Virus record (IMG/VR): IMGVR_UViG_3300037601_000088
Location: 83,253-147,252 of that record
Origin: a virus
Lineage: Duplodnaviria; Caudoviricetes
Length of the DNA stretch: 64,000 bases
Strand: one strand, 5' to 3'
Made by a program: the position numbers and the translations under genes
Shown here: positions 46,586 to 56,309 of the stretch, piece by piece
How the letters are laid out: every line of letters begins with the position of its first letter
Numbering within the stretch: position 1 is the first letter of the stretch
The notes under the pieces: generated by a model
The model's input: only the letters and a program-made list of their open reading frames with translations
What the model was told of the DNA's origin: nothing
Database searches by the model: none

Positions 46586-47605
46586 ATGAACAATAATCTA
46601 GACAGTTTAGATAATTTAATATTACAAATACAATTTGTTTCAAGGGTTGGACCGTTATTAGAGAGATTTTCTCTACATAACACCAACCCTTTATCTGCTT
46701 CATGCCGTTGTAATATTTGTGGTGATTCTCAGAAAAGCAAAACTAAAAGGCGTGGTTCCTTTTATCAAAGGGACTATACTCTTTTTTATAATTGTTTTAA
46801 TTGTGGTGCTTCATATAGATTTGATACTTATTTAAAGTTATATTTCCCCTCACTTTTTTCAGAATATTTGTATGAGAAAAAGTTTGGTTCAGTTAATAAA
46901 CAAGATCTTCCAGAAGAAAATAAACAAGAAGTTAATGATTCAATCAATCCTATGAATGGATTGGATCTTGCTAAGTACGATAACCAATGTCTGAAATATA
47001 TTAAAAGCCGTAAAATTCCAGAAGAAAAATGGGATAGAATTTATTATACTTCTGAATTTTATCGGTATGTTAATACTATTCTTCCAAATAAATTTTCAGA
47101 AAACAGACTGTTAACAGATCATAAACGAATAGTGTTTCCTTTCAGAGATGTAATGAAAACATGTTTTGGTCTGAATTCTAGAGCAATAGATGATGAATAT
47201 ATGAGATATATATCTGTCATGTTTGACAAATCATTTCACAAGATCTATGGTATTGAATATATTGACTTTAACAAACCAATTTATTGTACTGAAGGCCCTA
47301 TTGATAGCCTATTTTTAGATAATGCCATATCCTTTGGGGGTTCTGATGGAAATCTTGATGTGTCATATATTGTTGTGCTTGATAATGAGCGCCATAATCA
47401 AGATATAGTTTCAAAATATCATAAATATATAGACAGGGGCCATCCTATTTTTGTATGGCCTTCTAAAATAAAATCTAAAGATATCAATGACTTAGTCCTC
47501 AATGAGGGATATTCTCCTTCTGTTATTCAGAATATTATTGAAAACAATATCTATTCAGGATTAAAAGCAAAAATACAATTACAAAAATGGCAAAAACAGA
47601 TATGA
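46586..47605 (+). CDS. 61: DNA primase gp61
   Basis: CNICGDS..CFNCG zinc domain, EGPIDSLF, DNE, KDIND TOPRIM. Confidence 0.95.
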   Translation: MNNNLDSLDNLILQIQFVSRVGPLLERFSLHNTNPLSASCRCNICGDSQKSKTKRRGSFYQRDYTLFYNCFNCGASYRFDTYLKLYFPSLFSEYLYEKKFGSVNKQDLPEENKQEVNDSINPMNGLDLAKYDNQCLKYIKSRKIPEEKWDRIYYTSEFYRYVNTILPNKFSENRLLTDHKRIVFPFRDVMKTCFGLNSRAIDDEYMRYISVMFDKSFHKIYGIEYIDFNKPIYCTEGPIDSLFLDNAISFGGSDGNLDVSYIVVLDNERHNQDIVSKYHKYIDRGHPIFVWPSKIKSKDINDLVLNEGYSPSVIQNIIENNIYSGLKAKIQLQKWQKQI

Positions 47606-47841
47606 AAACGATAAATCTCGATTTTTCTTCTAAAGAAGAAGATGATATAAAAATAGAATTTATTGATAAAAGAGTTTTTGCCGTTACTATTAATAATATA
47701 TACACACTCTTCTACCAATTGGGGAAAAACCAAATAATAGAAGATTATCTAATGTTTGAAAAAAGTTTTAAAAAAATGCTCAACAAAAAACACGAGTATT
47801 TTTTTAGCACAAAAAATATTTCTACCAAATCAAATTTATAA
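47602..47841 (+). CDS. hypothetical protein
   Basis: ORF coupled to primase stop. Confidence 0.4.
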   Translation: MKTINLDFSSKEEDDIKIEFIDKRVFAVTINNIYTLFYQLGKNQIIEDYLMFEKSFKKMLNKKHEYFFSTKNISTKSNL

Positions 47842-47860
47842 AAATAAAAAGGATAATTGA

Positions 47861-50062
47861 ATGCAAGAATTCAATACACGTTCGCTTATGTCTGAAGCAA
47901 AATTTTATGAAGCATATTCCCGTTGGGACGACGAAAAAGGCCGTTATGAAACATGGGATGAAGCAGTTGATCGTGTAATGAAAATGCATAAAATGAAATA
48001 TGATGATAAGCTTAAGGATAATACTAAACTTCAGGAATTTTTCCAAAAGGCTGAGGATGGTTATAAAGCTAAAAGATATCTAGGAGCACAGAGAGCTCTT
48101 CAATTTGGTGGTGATCAAATTTTAAAAAATAATATGAGAATGTACAATTGCACTTCTTGCTATCTTGATAGCCCAGAAAGATTTGGTGAGATCTTCTGGG
48201 TTTCTTTGTGTGGCTCTGGTGTAGGCTTTTCTGTTCAAAAACACCATATTGATAAATTACCCGAAATTGCTGCTAGAAATAAACAACCCAAAACATTTGT
48301 TGCTCCTGATTCTATTGAAGGATGGGCACAATGCTTGGACGTTCTATTATCATCATATTTTGTTGGTGGCGGAAAACACCCTGAATATGAAGGGCGCAAA
48401 GTTTATTTTGATCTTTCTAAAATAAGGCCTAAGGGATCTAAAATTTCAGGAGGATTTAAAGCTCCTGGTCCAGACCCTCTTCGTAAAGCGCTTGACCATG
48501 TAGAATTTCTTTTACAGGGGTTAATCTTAAAGGGTCAAAAGAAACTAAAATCAATCAATGCGTATGATATTATTATGCATTGCTCTGATGCTGTTCTATC
48601 AGGAGGTGTTAGAAGGGCCGCAACAATTTGTATTTTTTCTATTGACGATGAAGAAATGATGAAGGCAAAAACTGGAAATTGGTTTGTTGATAATCCACAA
48701 AGAGGTAGATCAAATAACTCTGCTCTTGTTCTGAGAAACGGAACAACAAAAGAGCAATTTTCTAATCTTTTTCAACATACTAAAGAATATGGTGAACCAG
48801 GATTTATTTTTGCTGATACATATGAAGCATTATTTAATCCATGTGTAGAGATTGGTATGTATGGCCATTATGAAGATGATACCGGTTTTCAGGGATGTAA
48901 TTTAGTAGAAATTAACGGATTTGTTTGTGATACACCAGAAAAATTCTACCAAATATGTGAAGAAGCTTCAATTATGGGTACAATTCAAGCAGGATATACC
49001 GATTTTAAATTTGTTTCAGAAACAACAAGAAAAATATTTGAAAGAGAAGCATTGCTCGGTGTTTCTATTACTGGTTGGATGAATAGCCCCAATATTCTTT
49101 TTGATAAAGAAGTTCTAGAAAATGGAGCAAAAATAGTAAAAGAAACAAATAAAAAAGTAGCTAAATTACTAGGAATTAACACAGCTGCCAGAACGACTTG
49201 CACTAAACCTGCTGGCACCACGTCTGTTCTCTTAGGTACTGCTTCGGGAATTCATCCAGAACATTCTCCTAAATATATACGTAATATGCAAATGAATAAA
49301 GATCAAGAGGTTGGTCAATTAATTAAAAAACAAAATCCTTACATGATTGAAGATTCAGTATGGAATTCTAGAGATTTTGTTATTTCTTTCCCAGTAACAT
49401 CTTCAAATGATTCTCATTTCAAAAAAGATATGTTGGATACTAAATTTCTCGAAAAAGTTAAATTTGCTCAGGAACATTGGGTAGAATCAGGAACAAATAA
49501 AGATCTTTGTGTAGAGCCAGGAATTCGTCATAATATTTCAAATACTGTTGTAGTTCCAGAACATAGATGGGATAAAGTAAAAGATTATCTTTTTGAAAAT
49601 AAAGAGTTTTTTGCTGGTGTTTCATTTATATCAGAATCAGGTGATAAGGACTATCCGCAAGCACCATTTACACAAGTATTTACGGAAAAACAGATTATAG
49701 AAATGTATGGTGAAGCTTCACTCTTCGCTTCTGGTTTAATAGTTGATGGTCTAAGTGTTTTCAATACCTTATGGGAAGCATGTTCGTCTGCACAAAATGA
49801 TTCTGATGAAAATTCACAGGAAAAATTAGATTCGCAGGCCGATTGGATACGTAGATTTTATAAATTTGCAGACACCTATTTTGATGGGAATTTAAAAACA
49901 ACTGAATATTGTCTAAAAGATGTGTACTTACTCCACAAATGGTGTAAAATAAGAGATAACTATAAATCAGTTAGTTTTACGAACGATATCAAAGAAATTA
50001 AGTATACTGATATAGACACAATAAGTGCTGAGGCCTGTCATGGTGGAGCATGTGAATTATAA
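47861..50062 (+). CDS. ribonucleotide reductase, monomeric class II (RTPR/NrdJ-like)
   Basis: YNC, PDSIEGW, IRP.G, GGVRR, NPCVEI, KPAGT, C-terminal CHGGAC; no nrdB in window. Confidence 0.85.
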   Translation: MQEFNTRSLMSEAKFYEAYSRWDDEKGRYETWDEAVDRVMKMHKMKYDDKLKDNTKLQEFFQKAEDGYKAKRYLGAQRALQFGGDQILKNNMRMYNCTSCYLDSPERFGEIFWVSLCGSGVGFSVQKHHIDKLPEIAARNKQPKTFVAPDSIEGWAQCLDVLLSSYFVGGGKHPEYEGRKVYFDLSKIRPKGSKISGGFKAPGPDPLRKALDHVEFLLQGLILKGQKKLKSINAYDIIMHCSDAVLSGGVRRAATICIFSIDDEEMMKAKTGNWFVDNPQRGRSNNSALVLRNGTTKEQFSNLFQHTKEYGEPGFIFADTYEALFNPCVEIGMYGHYEDDTGFQGCNLVEINGFVCDTPEKFYQICEEASIMGTIQAGYTDFKFVSETTRKIFEREALLGVSITGWMNSPNILFDKEVLENGAKIVKETNKKVAKLLGINTAARTTCTKPAGTTSVLLGTASGIHPEHSPKYIRNMQMNKDQEVGQLIKKQNPYMIEDSVWNSRDFVISFPVTSSNDSHFKKDMLDTKFLEKVKFAQEHWVESGTNKDLCVEPGIRHNISNTVVVPEHRWDKVKDYLFENKEFFAGVSFISESGDKDYPQAPFTQVFTEKQIIEMYGEASLFASGLIVDGLSVFNTLWEACSSAQNDSDENSQEKLDSQADWIRRFYKFADTYFDGNLKTTEYCLKDVYLLHKWCKIRDNYKSVSFTNDIKEIKYTDIDTISAEACHGGACEL

Positions 50063-50082
50063 ATTAGTGGATATTTTATATT

Positions 50083-50574
50083 ATGGAAAAAGAGTGGAAA
50101 AATTTAACTGTACTGGAGAAAAAAACTCTAGTACAGTTAACAATTAAAAAATTCAAAAAACAGAAAAAGCCTCCTTTTGCTTTAGAAATATCTGAAGCAG
50201 TTGGAGCACCAAGCAAAAATTCAATCATAGGTTTCTGTGATAGGAATAATATTAATCTGCCTATTCTTCCAGGCGGTAAAGGTGTTACATCTAAAAATAA
50301 AGGCAAAACCTTTAAATTTAAAGTACCACGCAAAAGAAAATCATTGGAAGAATTAAGAAAAATCAAATATGAAAAATTAGGTCTTGTTCCGCCACCCACT
50401 GAAGGAATTCCTATGTCTGAAGCATGGGAAATAGACGGATGTAGGTATATCATTGGAGATTTAGTTAAGGGTGAAGAACCTTTGATGTGTGGTAAACCGC
50501 TGGATCCAGATTTTACTGAAAAGAAATTTTGCCCAAATTGTATGACATTTATTGTTAGAGAGGAAAAATCATAA
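50083..50574 (+). CDS. gcrA: GcrA-like transcription regulator
   Basis: EI...G..SKNSIIG...R HTH and CRYIIGD...CG....FC C-terminal domain. Confidence 0.7.
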   Translation: MEKEWKNLTVLEKKTLVQLTIKKFKKQKKPPFALEISEAVGAPSKNSIIGFCDRNNINLPILPGGKGVTSKNKGKTFKFKVPRKRKSLEELRKIKYEKLGLVPPPTEGIPMSEAWEIDGCRYIIGDLVKGEEPLMCGKPLDPDFTEKKFCPNCMTFIVREEKS

Positions 50575-50840
50575 TGTATAATCCAAATTTTAAAGAATTA
50601 ATTGATGCAGTTGATTGTCAAGAAGAACAAGAAATTTCTCTAGAAAATAAAAAACGTTTAAAAAATCTTTTACACTTAACCGACGAGTTTTATTATAATC
50701 TTACCGATGGTGGATACTTAAAATTGGAGGATTTTTTTGCTGGTGAAAAATTAGAGCAAATGCAAGAATCGCTGGATAATATTATCGAATTTGAAAATCT
50801 TATTCATGAATTATTGGAGGAATCCGGTTGTGAAGTATAA
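50574..50840 (+). CDS. hypothetical protein
   Basis: ORF in operon. Confidence 0.55.
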   Translation: MYNPNFKELIDAVDCQEEQEISLENKKRLKNLLHLTDEFYYNLTDGGYLKLEDFFAGEKLEQMQESLDNIIEFENLIHELLEESGCEV

Positions 50841-51090
50841 AGATAAAGCATATTGTAGAATTTTTGAAGCATTACACGCGATGGGAATTTTTGAATCAGA
50901 ACTAAATTTTCTGTCTTCTAAAGAAGTTCCTATCTTTGAATTTAAAGATATTCCAGGCTGTGTTATTGATTTAACCGCAACACACTCTGCATATGTATTT
51001 TATGAGATTATCAATAGAATTGAAATCCATTCTTATAAAAAGGGGCAAGAAAGTCTTAGAAAAGAAATCAGAGATACGTTAAGGATATAA
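50830..51090 (+). CDS. hypothetical protein
   Basis: ORF; start uncertain. Confidence 0.45.
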   Translation: MKYKDKAYCRIFEALHAMGIFESELNFLSSKEVPIFEFKDIPGCVIDLTATHSAYVFYEIINRIEIHSYKKGQESLRKEIRDTLRI

Positions 51091-51091
51091 A

Positions 51092-51787
51092 ATGCCGTGG
51101 GAAGATCATGAAGAATTAAAGTCCAAAAGTGATAGGTCTGCTAGATACAAATTAGCTTATCCTCAGGGCTATTCCAAAAAAGAATTAGACGAAGCAATGC
51201 AAGAAATGGAAATAGGAGAAATGGAGACAAGAAAGCAAATGGATGAAATTTTATGGACAGAGCGTGCAGATATCCCAACTTCTGATCAAGTTCTTGCCTC
51301 ATTAAAATTAATTGGAGAATCAACAAATGCTGCCTCTCTTTGCAGGTTGCTTGTCCTTGTCGGGTATGAAAAGAAAAATGCTTCGTTAGCAATTCAACGA
51401 GCAATAGATGATGGAACACTTCAAATTTCAGACGGTTGGAAAATTAGTAAACCAGATTCATTTACCAAAGATTATGAAAATGAAGAAAGACCATTTCATT
51501 TATGGTTTGGTTTATCATATTGTTCGTATTTAGTTTTACCTAGATTACTGCTTGATTATATGCCTAAGAAATGGCAGGTTGAGATGATTAATCTTCTTGA
51601 TCAAATTCCTGATAATATTGCAAGTAAACAGCCGGATTATCATGTTCTTCGTGAAGGTTATTGGTTACCAGAGCATTATGATAGTGAGGATGAAAATAGT
51701 ACTGTTATGTCCTATCATACTACATGGAGAAATGATCCATGGGCTGACTATAGACACGGTAATGTCAATCAAATTATTGGAGATTAA
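51092..51787 (+). CDS. hypothetical phage protein
   Basis: C-terminal WFGLSY..YLVLPR..MP..WQ domain. Confidence 0.65.
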   Translation: MPWEDHEELKSKSDRSARYKLAYPQGYSKKELDEAMQEMEIGEMETRKQMDEILWTERADIPTSDQVLASLKLIGESTNAASLCRLLVLVGYEKKNASLAIQRAIDDGTLQISDGWKISKPDSFTKDYENEERPFHLWFGLSYCSYLVLPRLLLDYMPKKWQVEMINLLDQIPDNIASKQPDYHVLREGYWLPEHYDSEDENSTVMSYHTTWRNDPWADYRHGNVNQIIGD

Positions 51788-51813
51788 AGGATTATTAATA
51801 AATATTTCAATGT

Positions 51814-51888
51814 GAGAGTGAAGCTTTTACGGTGAAGCGGTGGTCTCCAAAACCACAGAATGGGGTTCAAGTCCTCACTCTCTTGCCA
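51814..51888 (+). tRNA. tRNA-Trp(CCA)
   Basis: GTGGT-CTCCAAA-ACCAC arm, GCTT/AAGC D stem, TGGGG-TTCAAGT-CCTCA, G73 CCA. Confidence 0.88.
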
Positions 51889-51908
51889 AAATACGAAAGA
51901 AAAATCAA

Positions 51909-52559
51909 ATGAAAAAATATCTAGTAGAAGTTAAGCCTGCAGAAGGCGGAAAAGATAGTGAACTTTTTGTTGATGATCTTATTAACGCATACCAAAAAAC
52001 ATTTGACAAATTAGGTTGAAAGTATCAAATAACTGATAACACAATAGAGGTTATTGGCGATAGATCTTTATTATCTGAAAATGGTGGGCATAGAATTCAA
52101 AGAGTTCCTCCAACAGAAACTAGAGGAAGAGTTCATACAAGCACTGTAGTTGTCTCTGTAATAGAACAGGGTAGAAAAGGAAAAACTTACGATATTGATG
52201 ATGTAACAATTGAATGGTTTTCCGGTACTGGTAAGGGTGGACAGCATAGAAATAAACACCAAAATTCCTGTAGGTTAAAACATAATTCTACAGGAATAGA
52301 AGTTTCAATTCAAGGTAGATCAAGAAAATCAAATTTAACTGAGGCAAAAAGAGTTCTTAAGGAGCGTCTTGAACAACAGTTAAATCACTCCTATCATCAG
52401 GAGATATCAGGAATCAAAAGAAATAATTTTGGTTCTGGCATGAGAGGTGATAAAACATTTACATTGCGTTTTCAAGATGATATGATTAAAAATCATCAGA
52501 ACGGTAAAACAATGAAATTATCAAAATACATGAATGGTCAAATGAATAGGATATGGTAA
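51909..52559 (+). CDS. class I peptide release factor, RF1 type, lacking domain 1, with in-frame TGA at codon 37 (not in ORF track)
   Basis: EVKPAEGGKDSELF...LG*KY...ENGGHRIQRVPPTE.RGRVHTST...GTGKGGQHRNK...H..TG...GSGMRGDK. Confidence 0.88.
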
Positions 52560-52930
52560 TGAAATATACTAAAGAAATGCAAAAAGTTAACCGTAAAAGA
52601 TGGGTTGAAGCACTTCGATCCGGTGAATATGAACAAGGTCAAAGTTTTCTAAATAAAAATAATAAATTTTGTTGCTTAGGTGTTCTTTGCGAAATTGTAG
52701 GAGTAGAGAAAGAATATATTCCTACCAATTATCTTTTTTCTTATGGAGAAGAAAAATCAATTTCTGCATGCTCCAAGGAAGTAATGGATGTTGTGGGATT
52801 AAATGATACACTTGGAATGTATAATAATTATTCCGCATCGTTAGCTAATTTAAATGATGGACTTGGTAAATCATTCGATCAAATCGCTGATATAATTGAA
52901 TCAGAGCCAGATGGGCTTTTTGCTAACTAG
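52559..52930 (+). CDS. CCLGV-family paralogue 2
   Basis: WVEALRSGEYEQ, CCLGVLCE, LND..FDQIADIIE. Confidence 0.8.
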   Translation: MKYTKEMQKVNRKRWVEALRSGEYEQGQSFLNKNNKFCCLGVLCEIVGVEKEYIPTNYLFSYGEEKSISACSKEVMDVVGLNDTLGMYNNYSASLANLNDGLGKSFDQIADIIESEPDGLFAN

Positions 52931-52945
52931 ATAGGTTTAATAATA

Positions 52946-53743
52946 ATGCATGATGATATTGGCGACAGAATGAAGTCATATGAGAGTGATACAAGGTTTC
53001 TTCCGTTTCTTCCTATAATTGTTAGGATCGATGGTAAACGCTTTAGTCGGTGGACAAAGGATCTTGCTCGACCATATGATAAACGGATGTCAGACCTAAT
53101 GGTGGAAGTGACAAAATTCCTTGTTGAGGAAACTCATGCGATAATTGGATATACACAATCTGATGAGATTACTCTTGTTTTATATTCCGATAAAATAAAT
53201 AGTCAAATTTATCTTGATCGCCGTGAACAAAAAACTGTTTCAATTCTAGCCTCATTGGCAACTGCAAAGTTTAATGGAATTAAATCATGGTTTCTTTTTG
53301 ATTATAAGGGTTATGGTCCTGCGATATTTGATGCAAGAGCATTCGCTGTTCCAACTAAAACAGAGGCGGCAAATGCTGTTCTTTGGAGAGTTCAGGACGC
53401 AAGAAGAAATGCTATTAGTATGGCTGCACGTGCACATTTTTCTCACAAAAGTCTACAAAACCTCAATGATCAAGAAATTCGGGAAAAACTATTAAAAGAT
53501 GCTGATGTTAATTTTGAGGATTATCCAGCGTTTTTCAAATCAGGAACTTTTGTTAGAAGAGTAACCAGGAAGATTTCTCCTGATAATTCAGCTTTTAATT
53601 CTATCCCCAAAAAATACAAGCCAAATTATCCAGTGAAAAGATCATCTGTCGAAGTAGTTAATGATATTCCGATATTTACCAAAGTTCTAAACAGAACTGA
53701 AGTAATTTTTGATCAAGCAATTCCAATTATAAAGGAAAATTAA
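52946..53743 (+). CDS. Thg1-like 3'-5' tRNA nucleotidyltransferase
   Basis: RMKSYE, RIDGKRF, YTQSDEIT, FDAR, WR..DA.RN. Confidence 0.92.
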   Translation: MHDDIGDRMKSYESDTRFLPFLPIIVRIDGKRFSRWTKDLARPYDKRMSDLMVEVTKFLVEETHAIIGYTQSDEITLVLYSDKINSQIYLDRREQKTVSILASLATAKFNGIKSWFLFDYKGYGPAIFDARAFAVPTKTEAANAVLWRVQDARRNAISMAARAHFSHKSLQNLNDQEIREKLLKDADVNFEDYPAFFKSGTFVRRVTRKISPDNSAFNSIPKKYKPNYPVKRSSVEVVNDIPIFTKVLNRTEVIFDQAIPIIKEN

Positions 53744-53744
53744 A

Positions 53745-54206
53745 ATGGAAGGCATTGAAGAAGTTGTCCTTAAAGCTTATAAAGCAAAGGATGGATATGA
53801 ATATCCTACAATTGAGGAAGCTAAAAAAGCTAATGACCGCTGGGAATATGAAAAGGATTTCACTGTAGATGATGTTCTAAAAGAAATAGAATACCATCGA
53901 AAAAGGGGTAATCAAACTATTTGGAATTTAACACGAAGACATGCTGGATCGTCATGGATTTTAGAACTTACTGGTAAATATGACAAATATACTGAAGTTG
54001 CAATAAATGTTCATGCAATTCCATTAGCCGCTTTTAATTTATTTGATATTGAGCAATTTGGCGAATATTATGATGATCGAACAGCTCTTTTATTCAAGAC
54101 AGTTATAGAAAAGAAAGATTGTTTAGCGGCCTTTAATATTTTATCATTGCGCTCTGATAACGAATATGAACATTTTGAATATTGGAAAACTAATATTAAT
54201 GAGTGA
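53745..54206 (+). CDS. hypothetical protein
   Basis: ORF with SD. Confidence 0.55.
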   Translation: MEGIEEVVLKAYKAKDGYEYPTIEEAKKANDRWEYEKDFTVDDVLKEIEYHRKRGNQTIWNLTRRHAGSSWILELTGKYDKYTEVAINVHAIPLAAFNLFDIEQFGEYYDDRTALLFKTVIEKKDCLAAFNILSLRSDNEYEHFEYWKTNINE

Positions 54207-54221
54207 ATATTTTAAATAGGA

Positions 54222-54542
54222 ATGAAGATTTTGTTAGAACCTGTAACACCAGAAGAAATTGAAGAAGGCATAAATGTTTTTCCTGATTTCGTGATCGAAG
54301 CATTTAATTATTGTATTATAGTAAATTATAATAAAAAGTATTCTTTTAAAATCTATCAAAGCGACGTTATAGATCGTATTTTGCGTAAAAACAAAAAGAT
54401 TAAAAAAGAAGATATTTTTAATAATAAATGGTTAGATGTAGAAATTTTATATAGATCTAAAGGATGGGAAGTCGACTATCATAAACCTCCATATTATGAG
54501 AATTGGCCAAGTTATTTCTTATTTAAGAAAAAAGATATATAA
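54222..54542 (+). CDS. hypothetical phage protein
   Basis: P.FVIEAFN, WLDVE..YR..GW.V.Y.KP.Y.E. Confidence 0.65.
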   Translation: MKILLEPVTPEEIEEGINVFPDFVIEAFNYCIIVNYNKKYSFKIYQSDVIDRILRKNKKIKKEDIFNNKWLDVEILYRSKGWEVDYHKPPYYENWPSYFLFKKKDI

Positions 54543-54544
54543 CA

Positions 54545-54805
54545 ATGACTGTTTATGTAGATAGTGCTAACATACCATATAGAAATATGATTATGTGCCA
54601 TATGGTTGCTGATACTACAGAAGAACTTCTTCAAATGGCTGAAAAAATAGGAGTTCAAACAAAATGGATTCAGAAAAAAGGTACCCGCCATGAACATTTT
54701 GATATTTCTAAAGGAAAAAAGTTAATAGCTATAAAAAACGGTGCTATTGAAATTAATCGAAAGCAGATGGGTCATTTTTTAAAATACGGAAATATTAATG
54801 CTTAA
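54545..54805 (+). CDS. DUF4031-like protein
   Basis: MTVYVD, MCHMVAD..EEL, W.Q..HFDI. Confidence 0.85.
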   Translation: MTVYVDSANIPYRNMIMCHMVADTTEELLQMAEKIGVQTKWIQKKGTRHEHFDISKGKKLIAIKNGAIEINRKQMGHFLKYGNINA

Positions 54806-55066
54806 TCATATAAATATTATTATGTATGTATTTTAACATAAGTTAAACAGGATGCCTTTAGATATAATATTTGAAACTATTATCGTATTTTTGATGGGGT
54901 TTGGTGTATATTTTCCATTTGTTATTATTTTTATGATTATTTGTTTTTGCTTTAAGAATAAAAAATTTAACATTACTATACCATCAAAATTAATTAAAAA
55001 ATAAGTGAATGTAGCTTAACAGAGTTTGGTTCTCTGTTTCTGAGTTATATACATGTGAGATAAATT

Positions 55067-55261
55067 ATGAAAAAACTTTTAATAGAAGCAGTGAATGAAA
55101 GATCTTACCATAAAGCTAGGGGCAAAAATGGGCGTATAGAAGCATTATGCGCTTCTATACGCATACGCGCAATATTAGACTGTATGATTCATGAAAAACA
55201 AATTGATAGTGTTACTGCCAATCGTATCTATATGAAAAAAATTCCAGTGGAAAAAATTTAG
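55067..55261 (+). CDS. hypothetical protein
   Basis: GAGA-TAAATT-ATG start like other early genes. Confidence 0.5.
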   Translation: MKKLLIEAVNERSYHKARGKNGRIEALCASIRIRAILDCMIHEKQIDSVTANRIYMKKIPVEKI

Positions 55262-55270
55262 AATTTTTGT

Positions 55271-55300
55271 GTTTACATACAATTTTTTTAGTTGTATAAA
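55271..55300 (+). promoter_or_regulatory. early promoter
   Basis: GTTTACA-N17-TATAAA. Confidence 0.7.
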
Positions 55301-55337
55301 GTTTTTGTCAAAATGACACAACATTGGAGATTATATT

Positions 55338-56297
55338 ATGTCACATGAAGTTGAAACAATGGCTTATGCAAACCAAGTTCCATGGCACGGTCTTGGTGTT
55401 CAAGTTGAAGAAGATATCACAACAGAAGAAATGCTTGTTAAAGCTGGTCTTGATTGGAAAGTAAATATGCTTCCAATTTATACAACAAACCCAGAAACAG
55501 GTGAAGTGATTGACATTACTAAGAAAAAAGCAGTTATGCGAACTTCTGATAATGCAATTCTTTCTATTGCTGGTCATAATTGGAAGCCTGTTCAGAATGA
55601 TGAAATTATCGGGTTTATGCGTGATTATGTGAGTGCGGGTGGTGCTACTCTTGAAACTGCCGGATCCCTTAAAAATGGTAAAGTTATTTGGGGCCTTGCT
55701 CGAGTCGATTATGATTTCGAAGTTGTTCCTGGTGATAAGGTAAATGGTTATATGCTTATTACTGGATCGCATGAACCTGGTCGAGCAACAACGGTTCGGG
55801 CAACAACAGTTCGTGTTGTTTGCGCAAATACAATGGCTGCTGCAGAAGCTAAACATGCTAAAAATCCTGTAATTTATCGTCAAAATCATCGTTCAGAGTT
55901 TGATGTTAAATCGGCACAATCATCTGTTGAAAGTGTGTGTGATGGTCTTGCTGCTGCTCAACGGCGCTTTCAAACAATCGAGAAGCTTAAAATTTCTACA
56001 GAGGATGCTATCAACAAGGTTTATATGCCTGTTCTTGGTTTTTCTGAAGAGCAAAGTGACGAAATTCGTAAAGGTAAAGCTAAACTTCCTCGCCAGCTTA
56101 AACAAATTCTTTCATCCTATCATAATGCCCCGGGCGCTAATACAGAGAATGGTTGGGGTGTTTTGAACGGTTTCACTCATTGGATGGATCATACTGCTGG
56201 TCATAATGCATCTACACGTATGACCAAAGCTTGGATTGGAACGGGTGTAGGTCAAAAGATTGATGTTGAAAATCGTCTTCTTGAGCTAGCTGCTTAA
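55338..56297 (+). CDS. DUF932 family phage/plasmid protein
   Basis: PWHGLG, AGLDW, PVQN, ETAGSL..G, RVVCANT, W...N..T...DH. Confidence 0.9.
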   Translation: MSHEVETMAYANQVPWHGLGVQVEEDITTEEMLVKAGLDWKVNMLPIYTTNPETGEVIDITKKKAVMRTSDNAILSIAGHNWKPVQNDEIIGFMRDYVSAGGATLETAGSLKNGKVIWGLARVDYDFEVVPGDKVNGYMLITGSHEPGRATTVRATTVRVVCANTMAAAEAKHAKNPVIYRQNHRSEFDVKSAQSSVESVCDGLAAAQRRFQTIEKLKISTEDAINKVYMPVLGFSEEQSDEIRKGKAKLPRQLKQILSSYHNAPGANTENGWGVLNGFTHWMDHTAGHNASTRMTKAWIGTGVGQKIDVENRLLELAA

Positions 56298-56309
56298 ATT
56301 TATATTACA

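Noticed and set aside
52000-52045. prfB-style +1 frameshift or selenocysteine insertion at the RF UGA
   Set aside because: Downstream motifs are in the same frame, there is no CTT-TGA site, and only a weak 5-bp TATCA/TGATA hairpin follows, not a SECIS
55341-55889. 182-aa antisense ORF and other shadow ORFs (25535, 29072, 48985, 50076, 57887, 52071)
   Set aside because: They lie opposite well-supported genes and lack motifs or SD sequences
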